Made by a program: the position numbers and the translations under genes. Below, piece after piece: positions 1 through 11,100 of a stretch of DNA of 64,000 bases. The notes beneath the pieces are model-generated. The model was not told the DNA's origin. It saw only the letters and a list, made by a program, of their open reading frames with translations, and ran no database searches. The stretch's first letter is position 1; each line of letters begins with the position of its first letter. Source of the stretch: Verrucomicrobiota bacterium (lineage in GTDB: Bacteria; Verrucomicrobiota; Lentisphaeria; Lentisphaerales; Lentisphaeraceae); NCBI GenBank assembly GCA_039798785.1, contig JBDKFG010000005.1, forward strand, positions 1 to 64,000. The letters run 5' to 3'.

Positions 1-82
1 GACCGGGCCGAATGCTTTGCGGGGTCAGCAAAAACAGGTGAAAAGTGGCGTGGGATGATGTCGCGGGCGGCTGCTTTGGCGG

Positions 83-230
83 CAAAACGAAGTGATTCTG
101 AGTGCTTCGTTTTGGAGTGCTTCGTTTTGGCCTTGCTGGCTTAAGTCGCCCCCTGAATCTAAAATCGTTGCAAGTTATTTAAATCAAGTCTTTTGAGCAA
201 GTCGGAGCGCTTCGTTTTGGATAAAACGAG
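83..230. promoter_or_regulatory. Cluster of CTTCGTTTTG / CAAAACGAAG direct and inverted motifs, possible regulator binding region
   Basis: CAAAACGAAG at 83-92 is the perfect inverse of CTTCGTTTTG at 105-114. GAGTGCTTCGTTTTG is tandemly repeated at 100-114 and 115-129. Another copy at 205-220 pairs with AAAACGA at 223-229. An AT-rich tract lies at 160-195. Confidence 0.45.
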
Positions 231-246
231 TGGGGATTATCCCCCA

Positions 247-2172
247 CTAATTTAATCTCTTCAAAGCATTTCTAGCATCCCAAGCACTGGCACCTTTTGG
301 ATAAGTCTTTAAATATATTTCCCACCAATATTTCGCTTTGGCAAGATTTTTTTTCGTTATTATGCCATTTTCATATTCGGATGCTAAGCTCTTAATGCAA
401 CTATCCCATCCCTCTGGCGAGGGCTTTTTAAGTTCATAATCCGCTCCAATTAAAAGCCATTTCATGGCAAGATCATATTTTTTTTGTTTCGAATACTCAT
501 TGCTTAATCGATAACAGGCTTCCGCGTTGCCCGCTTCTGCAGCTTTCGTACCAAAATGCTCGGCAAGAAATTTCCTTTGATTATCCGCGACCGTATTCGT
601 CTTGGGATATTGGATGAATTTACTTGCTGATTCCTTCCAATATTCAGGTCCGCCTATTTCACCGGATTTTTGAAACCAAAACATAGCTTGATCAAAGTTT
701 TTAGCAGCAAACCAAAACGTTTCTCGGTTAGCCCAATCATACCTTGGCCCCAATTCTAAGCCAATCTTAATCATAATAGTGGAGACAGGATTCGTATCAT
801 AAATTCCATCTTTGTAATGTTGTTTTTGAACTGGCTTAATTTTATGATTTTTACGGATAAATTCTGCCTCATTCAGGCATTTTAAAGCTGCATCACTATC
901 GACAACATAGCCATCTTTACCAGCGCCAAGACTGAATCCCCATAAGCAGAGGAACTCAAAGACTTCATCGTAAAGCCCAGCAGCGAGCGCTTGAGCTTGC
1001 CATTTCGATACCGAATCTCTATTCCGGAGGGTTGCTGAGTATGCGTAAAAATTCATTAAAGCAGTTATAGCATTATGATTTCCGGAGGCAGCAGATTTTT
1101 CAAGCCAAGTCGCTGCAATCTTATCATTTTTCGATACATTGATGGGGAGGCCGGGCTGGATTTCTATCTGCATATCAACTTTAGGCGCATAAGAAATTGG
1201 ATGTTTTGCCTTAGGAGGCAGGCTAAAATAGCCACGCCACAACATCGATCCCAAAGCATATTGGGCTTCAGCACAATTATTGTTGGCGCTTCGCTCAAGC
1301 CATTGGAATGCCAATCTCGACTCCTGGATACTCTTTTCGTGAGATTTTTCGCTCCTTAAAATATTAGTATAATGATACAAGGATAACTCCCATTGAGCTT
1401 TCGGTTGATTGTTATTAGCGCTTTTCACAAGCCAGCTTAGGGCTTCATCTTGTTCAAAATAATCTGGGGATTTCAACAAGGCATAATACAAATTAAGATA
1501 ATCTTCAGGAGTACCAGTTATTGCTTTTTTTCGACAATCATCTATTGCTAGACTTCGTGGATCCGGAGATAAGGGCAGAAGAGTCTGATGTGCGACACCA
1601 GGGATTTCTTCAATTTTCATATTTTGAATGACTTTCTTCATTTCCATAATAGGATCATGATATTTCGGGCCACCACCAAATATTTTTAGAATTAGTCGTT
1701 TATTAATCTCAACCTCCAGCCAATTATTTTCAGGTGATACGAGGACATTGTAATTACCAACTTTTTCAAATTTTGGCATCGGCTCATTAAACTTGTAACT
1801 CCTGAATTTATAGTAGTGGATAGAAGACTCTGATTCCATGAAATAATTGATTCCGATTGCGGCCCGACCATTTTCCCCGGAAAATACGCCGTTTGCTGCC
1901 CACTCTCTCTTGCCCAAGGAGACGAAGGGAGCTCCAATTGTAACATAGTTTGGGTCAATAGTCCTTGCATATTTTGGAACATCGATAGAAATTTTGTATC
2001 CGTCAATGGTATATACAAATGGCGCATCAGCCATAGCTAAAGGAAAACCCGCATCAATTACACTGGCACTTGCTTTAACGGTTTCTCCAGCGATATAACC
2101 TGGGAGTAGCAGGGCCTCACAAGAAGTTAGGCTAAGAAGGCTGCATGAATAGATTGTTTTAAGGTATTTCAT
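247..2172 (-). CDS. Sel1-like (SLR/TPR) repeat protein, probable lipoprotein, candidate immunity protein
   Basis: N-terminal MKYLK...LLSLTSC lipobox-like motif and multiple SLR motifs (AQWELSLY..., AFQWLERSANNNCAEAQYALG, AKAKYWWE). Markedly AT-rich. Start codon overlaps the upstream stop (TAATG at 2170-2174). Confidence 0.8.
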   Translation of the reverse strand: MKYLKTIYSCSLLSLTSCEALLLPGYIAGETVKASASVIDAGFPLAMADAPFVYTIDGYKISIDVPKYARTIDPNYVTIGAPFVSLGKREWAANGVFSGENGRAAIGINYFMESESSIHYYKFRSYKFNEPMPKFEKVGNYNVLVSPENNWLEVEINKRLILKIFGGGPKYHDPIMEMKKVIQNMKIEEIPGVAHQTLLPLSPDPRSLAIDDCRKKAITGTPEDYLNLYYALLKSPDYFEQDEALSWLVKSANNNQPKAQWELSLYHYTNILRSEKSHEKSIQESRLAFQWLERSANNNCAEAQYALGSMLWRGYFSLPPKAKHPISYAPKVDMQIEIQPGLPINVSKNDKIAATWLEKSAASGNHNAITALMNFYAYSATLRNRDSVSKWQAQALAAGLYDEVFEFLCLWGFSLGAGKDGYVVDSDAALKCLNEAEFIRKNHKIKPVQKQHYKDGIYDTNPVSTIMIKIGLELGPRYDWANRETFWFAAKNFDQAMFWFQKSGEIGGPEYWKESASKFIQYPKTNTVADNQRKFLAEHFGTKAAEAGNAEACYRLSNEYSKQKKYDLAMKWLLIGADYELKKPSPEGWDSCIKSLASEYENGIITKKNLAKAKYWWEIYLKTYPKGASAWDARNALKRLN

Positions 2173-5100
2173 TAGAGGATTCCTTCGGAGTTAGTGAGTG
2201 TTTGCCACCACGGTTCTGAGCCTTCGATGCGTGGATATAATGTGTGTGGGCTCTCCAATAAGTCGCTCCATCCTTCAGGAACATGAGTAAAGTAGCTCTT
2301 ATCAAAGGCACCAGAAAGAAGAGGGGCGCTGAGCAAGGACGCCGCCCAACTCACGGGATTGACGGTACCGCCGAGGATCACCCCCACCGCATCGCTCATG
2401 TGATTGGCCATGCCCACAAATTTTGATCCCAAGGCGTCATTCGCAATTTTAGCAACCAGTACATTAGCGGCAGAGCCGTGGTACTCAGTTGATAGAAACT
2501 GCTTATATGCACCTTGCATGGAATTATCTGCATCCCGGTGATTTAATTCAATAAGTGCATTAGTGAGCAAGATACCCCCTTGGCTATGGCCGATAACAAG
2601 AGTTTCCTGTTCAGCCTTAACTCTTGCTTGAATTAAATCAGCGATATGATTGACCATCACCGTTGTCTGTGGCATTAGTTTTAGCAATGAGCTTTCGATG
2701 AGATCTGAAGCACCTCCTGTCTCGTTATGAAAAACATAGACTGGGTCGAGATGAATTTGCGGCTGAGGACCTGAATCAGGCCCCGGTTTCCATTTCTGAT
2801 TTGCTTCAATTGTTTGAATGTTTGCCAGTGAATTTCCATGGTGTAAAGCCAGTTGTGCTGCGGTAGTCAAGGTATTTGCCTGGCCATTAATAAAAACTAC
2901 AATTTTCCCTGGCTCATTGGCAAATTCCGTTTTTTCTTCGTCAAAGCTATATGCTGTCTCTGAGGCGCCTAGACGATCTAAATGAACTTCATCGCCGGCA
3001 TGGTTTTTATTCAAGGTCCCATCATATGTAACTTTATCCCAAACCAGTTTTCCTTTTTCATTTAGGATAAGTCCATTTGTCCCATCGAGCTGATTATTAT
3101 TGTCAAATTTGACTTTAAAAACCCCAGTTAAGTCACTGGCTGCCCACTGCTTATAGCCAGAAATAAATGTATCTATAACGGCCTCTGGGGCGCCTAAAGG
3201 CAGTGTCACACCTGTCTTCAATACTGTCCGTAATGCTGAAGAAATGACATCGATTCCTTTATCTGTAGCTGGCCCTATCTGCCAAGGGTTATCCCATAAT
3301 TTTCCAATGCTCCAGTCGATAGGCTTGACGATCGGCACTGTCGCTAAATGCAATCCTGCATCCAGACCGTCGACTGATTTACCAGCTGCCCAAACGAGGC
3401 CATCTTTAACACTCCCGATGCCAGTCCAAAGTTTTCCGTTGATCAATTTAAGTCCGAATAATGTGCCATCTACGGTTACATCAACTCCTTTTGATATGCC
3501 GTCACCAATTTTTGTCATGAAGCCCTTTTTGTCCTCGGATTCAGTGTCGACCACATTATTGAACATAATAATTTTGCCACTGGCATCAAATACGAAAGTA
3601 AAATCGGACGGATCGTCTAATTCAACAAATTGGCTGCCATTTAAAGCTAAACTTTTCGATGACACCGAACCAGCTCTGGAAATTTCAGCCAAGGCTAAGT
3701 CCTTTAGAGACATACTTATATTGATGACTCGGCCGTTAGGCAAGACGACACTCCCACCAGAGCCGCCGCCACTCTCAGAAGCTGGCGCATCTACCTTCAT
3801 CCAAACCTTGTTTTGGATGATGTCTTTGAGAGTGAAACTTGTTGCGGAGCCCGCGCCTTGAGGCGGGGTGTCACCGAGATAGAAGCTCAGCCCTGTCGGG
3901 AGCTGAGTCATGCTAAAGGTCAATCGCTTCGCATACTCCCCGTCCTCCGCGTCCGTTCCTTGCAGATCGGCGAGGGTGATGAGGTGCCACTGATCATCGA
4001 TGAGGGTGAGATCAAGCGAGCGGGTGATGACAGGTTTTTCATTATAAAGCGAAGGCAGGATGACGGGCGTGACTTCTTCGGTTTCGACATATTCTTCCCA
4101 ACCGTCGGTGTAGGAGGCGGAGACGGTGAGGGTCTTATTCAGGATTTCTTCGGTGATGTAGATCACCTGGTCGTGAGAGATGTCCTGTCCGTCGAGGCTC
4201 CATGTGTAGGTGATCAGGCTCAGTCCATCTTGATCGATGGTCCAAGAGGACTCTGAGTTGGGAAGCAACATAGCGCGAATTTGATCGCCAACATGGATCT
4301 CGGAGATCGGGGACTCATCGTACATGGTGATCACCAGATCCCCTTCGAAGGGATGATGATTCGGGATTAATTGAACAGCATTGGAATAAGCTCGAATTTC
4401 AGTCTGGTGAAGTGTTTCGCGGTTGGCGTTGTATTCCCACTGCATGCTGTAAGTGGCCAAACGGATATACTTGAAGTTCTCCAAGAAGGCAAGATCACGG
4501 TTGATGTAGGCGCTGACAGAGTGCGCTTGACCGTCATTAAAATAAGACGAGTAACCTTCGATCCAATTTTCCCCATCCATGCTGGTTTGCCAAGTGTAGC
4601 TGATCCCATAATCATGAAGATTGTCTTCGATTCCTCCGGGGAGGGTGTAAGTGACTTGGGTCTCTCCTTCGTTCAACACGAAACTTGACTGGGAGTAGTG
4701 ATATGTCTCTGGATCATTTGGAGCCATATCGCTTGGCATTTGTGTTTGCGCTGCGGTGTAGAGGACTTTACCAAAGCCCTGAGCATCTTGATAGGAGACT
4801 TGCGCTCTGACTTGGAAGCCATCGTAGATGCTGCCGGCAATCGGCCAAGAACTAGAACTGTTGTTATTGACGGCAATCCAATTTACTCCACCATCGAAGC
4901 TTTTTTGCCAAGTGATCGAGTCGATTGGTCTTTCATTCGAGAGCCCATCGATATGGAAATTAATGTAGGTGAAGCCGCTACTGCTGTATGATGTTGTGTG
5001 GGTGAGTACGGTTCCTTCTGCAGGAGCTTCGACTTTCACCAGTGACGAAGAAATTGATTTCGTCTGCCCGGAAGCGTCTGTTCCTGTCGCCACGCAATAG

Positions 5101-8100
5101 ATTTGTTCACCGAAGGGCAGGGCGGGAGAACCTTGGCCGCTACCGAGAGAAAGATCCGCTCCTTGGGCCATTTTTTGGAACCATTCATAAGTCACCGTGA
5201 TCGGGCGATTATCGACGGCATGGATGGTGTCGAAGGCTTTTAAGCTTTCGCCGTTTTCGGGATCGACAGAGTAGGGGTTGTAGAAATACAGGAAGGGAGC
5301 GCCAAACTCTGGTGTTTCCAAGGCCAATTGCAGCTCGCCGACGAGATCAAATGCGGGAAGGACCTTATCAGTCGCCTTGCTATAACTGACTTCCTGAGAG
5401 CCTCTGAGGTCGGTAAACTCCACCCGGCTGCGGATGGTGTAGCCGGCGAGGGAGTTATCGAGGGTCAGGGTGGATTGTGTTTGGCCGACGATCGGCTGCC
5501 AGATGAGGCCGTCACGGCTCTTTTCCCATCGGTAGCTGAAGGCATTGGGGTCTGTCGGCATGCCGTCGTCATCCGTGATCATTGAAGTGTCAGCCATGAG
5601 CTCATCTCCGACAACAGGAGTCTCAACCGGGTCGGCGTTGGACAAGATCATCACCTCGCCTTCGTGCTCCGGTTTGACAAGGATATCCGCGTCATTGAGA
5701 TAACCAAGAGTGCCGACCCCGTAATGTTCGGAGACGAGGTTAGCGGCATCGACATTCCAGGTTGTGTGTAGGTGGTTTTGGATGATGATGTTGTCGATGG
5801 TGTAGGTTTCGGTGTCGCCCTTCTGGTCTGCGTAGGTGACGACAACTTTGAACTGGGTGTTGACTTGGGTGGGGCTGCTGTATGGACTATCGATATCAAA
5901 CGAGGCGCCGTTACCGATCTCCTCTCCGTTTGCGTCTTGCCAGGAGTAATACATCGAGCGAATGCCGTCGGCGTCGCTCATGTCCTTTTCAGTGATGCTG
6001 AGGATCGCACCGCTGCGGCTGATTTCCCAAGCGCCAGAGAGCGGGTCGTTGGGGATGGTGGCGGAGCTGACGCTCGTGCCGGTGCTACCGGCGATCTGCA
6101 GATTGACATTGGTCATGGCGCCGGTGACGGCAAGGCTGATACCGGTGGAGCTTCCGTCGACCAGGGTGTCATCTTCCAGGTTTTGGAAGTGCCAGACGAA
6201 GGCGTTGCTGGGCAAATCGAGGGGATTGCTGGCGGTGAAGGAGCCGGCATTCCATGTCACTTCTATGCTGTCGCTGAGGTCCTGGTCGAAGATCTGAGGC
6301 GCAACAGTGAAGATCTGGGGCTGGTTGGCAGCGTCGGTGTAGTTGATGCTGACGGAGATGAACTGGCCGTAGAGGCTGTAATCGGGGATGACTTCGGCAG
6401 CGGTGCTGAACTCGGTCCAGCTGCCGGCTTCGCCCGTCGGGCTGGAGCTCCAGGAATAGTTCAGGGGGGCGGAAGAGTCGGCGTCGGGCAAAACGACATC
6501 GAGGCTGAGGGGCGAGCCGAAGGCGGGGGCGGCGCTGAAGGCGATGCCAGGGGCGACGACGGGCTCAGTGGTTTCGTAGGCGGCGACACTTTCGACCTGG
6601 CCTTCACCGTCGGTGTAGCTGGCGCTGAGGCTCAGAATCTTGCCGAGATCGGCGGCAGTCAGGGTGTAGCTGGTGCCGTTGCCGAGGAAGTTGAGTGAGC
6701 CATCTTCGTTGACGCTGCTCCAGGTGAAGCTGAGAGTGCCCATCCCGCCATCTTCGTCGGCGAGGTTCAGGTAAGCGGCGTCCCAATCGCTGAAGTCATA
6801 CTTGGCGACGAGAGTGTTGCCGATGACGGGATTGCCTTCGATGATGAGGTAGCCGGAGGCGGCGACATTGGCGTCGGCGACGGGCGTGGTGGGGGCGGAG
6901 ACGGCGATGTTTTCGATGTTTTCGAAGCCGTCGGTGTAGCTGGCGCTGACGCTGATGACTTTGCCGACTTGAGCTTGATGGAGGAGGAGCGTGCTGTCGT
7001 TTTCGCCGTCGATGGCGACACCATCGGCGTACCAGGTGTAGACGAGATCGCCGAGGCCGTCGAGGTCTTCGACGCTGCTGAGGGCGCTGAGGATTTGGCC
7101 TTGGGTGGCGGTGCCGGAGATGGAGAGGTCACCGGTGGGGGCGCGATTGAGGTGGGTGACGGCGGCGCTGGCGGCGGAGACGACACCTTCGGCCTGTCCG
7201 TAGCCATCGACGTAGGAGGCGCGGACGGTGATGAGCTTACCGAGTTCTGCGGTGCTGAGGCTCAGGGTTTCGGTGTTGGCGCCTGCGATGTCGAGGCCGT
7301 CGGCCAACCACTGGTAGGAGATGGAACCAAGGCCGTCGAGGTCGGTCAGGGTGTGGGAAGCGGTGAGGGTTTCTCCGTCGTGAAGAAGGCCGGAGATGCT
7401 GACGGAACCGGTGGGGGCGTCGTTGAGATTTTGAACGCCAGAAGACACGGAGGACACGGAAGATTCGAGGGTGCCGTGAGCGTCAGTGTAGGAGGCGGTG
7501 ACGGAGATGGTTTTACCGACTTGGGCATGAGTCAAGGTCAGGGTTTCGCCTTGGGCGATTTCGGTGCCGTCGGCCAACCAGGTGTAGGTGATAGGGCCGA
7601 GGCCATCGAGATCAGCGAGAGTGTTGGAAGCGATCAGCGTCTGGCCTTGGATGAGCTCGCCGGAGATGCTGACGGTGCCAGAGGGGGCTTCGTTGACATT
7701 GAGAACCGCAGCGGTAGCAGTGGAGGTCATGGCTTCGGAAGTGCCATGACCGTCGGTGTAGGAGGCGGTGACGGAGATGGCTTTGCCGACCTGGGCTTCG
7801 GTGAGGACTAGAGTTTCACCTTGGGCGAGTTCTGTGCCGTCGGCGAACCACTTGTAGCTGATGGGGCCGAGGCCGTCGAGATCGACGAGGGTGTTGGAGG
7901 CGGTGAGGGTTTGGCCTTGGATCAGCTCGCCGGAGATGGCGACCGAGCCGGTGGGGGCGTCGTTCAGATTTTGAAGCACCGAAGACACGGAGGAGACGGA
8001 AGATTCAAGGGTGCCATAGGCATCGGTGTAGGAAGCGGTGACGCTGAGGGTCTTGCCGACATGGGCCTGGGTCAGAAGCAAGGTTTCGCTCACGCCAAGG

Positions 8101-11100
8101 GTGTTGCCTTCGCCATCGAGCCAGCTGTAGCTGATCAGGCCGAGGCCGTCGAGGTCGCTCAGGCTGCTCACGGCAGTGAGGGTTTGACCTTGAATCAGCT
8201 CGCCGGAGATGCTGACCGAGCCGGTAGGGGCGTCGTTGAGGTTTTGAACCACGGAAGACAGGGAGGACAGGGCAGATTCAGCGCTGCCATAGGCATCGGT
8301 GTAGGAAGCGCGAACGCTGATGGCTTTGCCGACCTGAGCTTGGGTCAAGCTCAGACTTTCGCCTTGGGCGATTTCTGCGCCATCGGCAAACCAGGTGTAG
8401 CTGATCGGGCCGAGGCCGTCGATATCGCTCAGGCTGTTCGATGCGGTGAGGCTTTGACCTTGGATGAGATCGCCGGAGATGCTGACCGAGCCGCTGGGGG
8501 CGTCGTTGAGATTTTGAACCACGGCAGACACGGAGGAGAGGGAAGATTCAAGAGTGCCATGGCCGTCGGTGTAAGAGGCGGTGACGGTGAGGGTTTTGCC
8601 GACATGGGCCTGGGTCAGGACCATCGTCTCGCCAGACCCGAGGTTGTTGCCTTCGCCATCGAGCCAGGTGTAGCTGATCGGGCCGAGGCCGTCGATATCG
8701 CTCAGGCTGTTCGATGCGGTGAGGGTTTGACCTTGGATCAGCTCGCCGGAGATGCTGACCGAGCCTGAGGGGGCGTCATTGAGATTTTGAACCACGGTAG
8801 ACTCAGCGGACAGGGAAGATTCAGCGGTGCCGAGGGCATCGGTGTAGGTGGCGGTGACGCTGAGAGTTTGGCCCACTTCGGACTCGGTGAGGACGAAGCT
8901 GGTGCCGGTGCCGAGGATGGCGCCGAGATTGTTCTTCCAAGTGTAGGTGATGCTGCCGAGGCCATCGATATCGGCGAGGGTGTTCGACGCGGTGAGGGTT
9001 TGACCTTGAATCAGCTCGCCGGAGATGCTGACCGAGCCGGTGGGGGCGTCGTTGAGGTTTTGAACCGCGGCAGACAGGGCGGACAGGGAAGATTCGAGGG
9101 TGCCGTGGCCGTCGGTGTAAGATGCGGTGACGCTGAGGGTTTTGCCGACCTGGGCCTGGGTCAAGACCAGCGATTCGCCTTGGGCGATTTCTGCGCCATC
9201 GGCAAACCAGGTGTAGGTGATGGGGCCGAGGCCGTCGAGGTCGCTCAGGGTGCTCACGGCAGTGAGGGTTTGGCCTTGGATGAGATCGCCGGAGATGCTG
9301 ACGGAGCCGGTGGGGGCGTCATTGACATTGGCGACGCTGGCGGTGGCGGCGGAAGTGAGGCTTTCGAGGCTGCCATGTCCGTCGGTGTAGGAGGCTGTGA
9401 GAGTGATGACCTTGCCGACTTCGGACTCGGTGAGCACATAGGTGCTGGCGGTGGCACCGGAAATGGCGGTGCCGTTGGCCTTCCACTGGTAGCTGATGGC
9501 ACCGAGGCCGTCGAGATCGGCGATGGAGTTGGAAGCGCTCAGTGTTTGACCTTGTTCAGCGAGGCCGGAAATGATGACGGAGCCGGTGGGCGCGTCGTTG
9601 ACATTGGCCACGGGGGCGGTGGCTGCGGAGACCTTGTTTTCGGAAGTCCCGAAGCCGTCGGTGTAGGTTGCAGTGACGGTGATGGTTTTGCCGACTTCGG
9701 CTTCGGTGAGGACGATGCTGGCGCCAGTGCCCAGGGTGGTGCCGAGGTTGTTCTTCCAGGTGTAGCTGATCGGGCCGAGGCCGTCGAGGTCGGCGAGGGT
9801 ATTTGAGGCGCTGAGAGTGCTGCCTTGGATGGCGCTGCCGGAGATGGTGAGGGAGCCGGTGGGGGCGTCGTTGACGTTGGTCACTGCGAGCGTGGCTGCT
9901 GAGGTGATGCTTTCTGCAGTGCCGTGGCCGTCGGTGTAGGAAGCGGTGACGGTGATCGTCTGACCGACTTCGGCCTGGGTCAGGAGGTAGGTGGAGCCGC
10001 TGCCGAGGACGGTGCCGAGCTGGTTTTTCCAGGTGTAGCTGATCGCGCCGAGGCCGTCGGCGTCGGCGAGGCTGCTGACGGCGCTCAGGGTTTGGCCTTG
10101 GGTGGCTGTGCCGGAGATGCTGAGGCTGCCGGTCAAGGGATCATTGACATTGGCGACGCTGGAGGTGGCGGCGGAGCTGAGGCTTTCGACTTTGCCCATG
10201 CCGTCGGTGTAGGAGGCGGTGACAGTGATGGCTTTGCCCACTTGGGCTTCGGTGAGAACGAGGGTGCTGGCGGTGGCGCCGGCGATGACGAGTCCGTCGG
10301 CTTTCCATTGGTAGGAGATGGGGCCGAGGCCGTCGGTATCGGCGAGGGTGTTTGATGCGCTGAGGGTCTGGCCTTGGGCGGCGGTGCCGGAGATGGTGAC
10401 GGAGCCGGTGGGGGCGGAGTTGACACTGGCGACGACTGCGATTGGTGCAGAGCTCGCGCTTTCGGCAGTTCCCCTTCCATCGGTATAAGAAGCTGTGACA
10501 GTGATATCTTTGCTCAAATGGGCTTCTGTCAGTACAAGGGTGGTGCCAGTACCCAGCACGGTCCCGGAGCTGTCCTTCCAGGTGTAGCTAATCGCGCCCA
10601 ATCCATCCAGGTCTGAGAGGCTGTTACTGGCAGATAAAGTCTGGCCGGGGGTGGCTGTACCGGAGATGATTACGCTGCCAGTGGGCAGATAATCCAAAGC
10701 GATTTGAGAATCGATTTTCAGCGTCAATCCATTTTGGGTGAAAATGTTGTAGCCGCCTGAGGTTTGCTGGGTCCAGCCGACATCTAGTCTAACCTTCCCG
10801 CTCGCACCCTGCACCAATAAAACCCCCGAAGCGTCAGTGATTGCCGCGACATCGGCAAAAGTCAAAGTCAGCATGAGGTTTGCAGCAGTAAATTGAATGA
10901 CTTCCAAGTTCTTCAGGTTGCTATCCGCGACGGTGCGCAAGTCCAGATTCTGACTAAGACTTAACACATCCCGACCACTGCCACCGTCAATCAAGGCGAA
11001 GTCTGCTGACGAAAACGAGACGATGTCATCACCCGAACCCGTATTGATGGAGTCGTCCGTGGAGATGCCGTTGACAAAATCAATTCCTGAAGAACCAGTG

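Noticed and set aside
5328..10616. Many plus-strand ORFs of 80-340 aa opposite the giant gene
   Set aside because: Antisense shadows of GC3-biased repetitive coding sequence, with no motifs.
6560..10690. Possible CRISPR array or DNA-level repeat element
   Set aside because: Units are ~276 bp, in frame and protein-coding. There is no repeat-spacer pattern and no cas gene.
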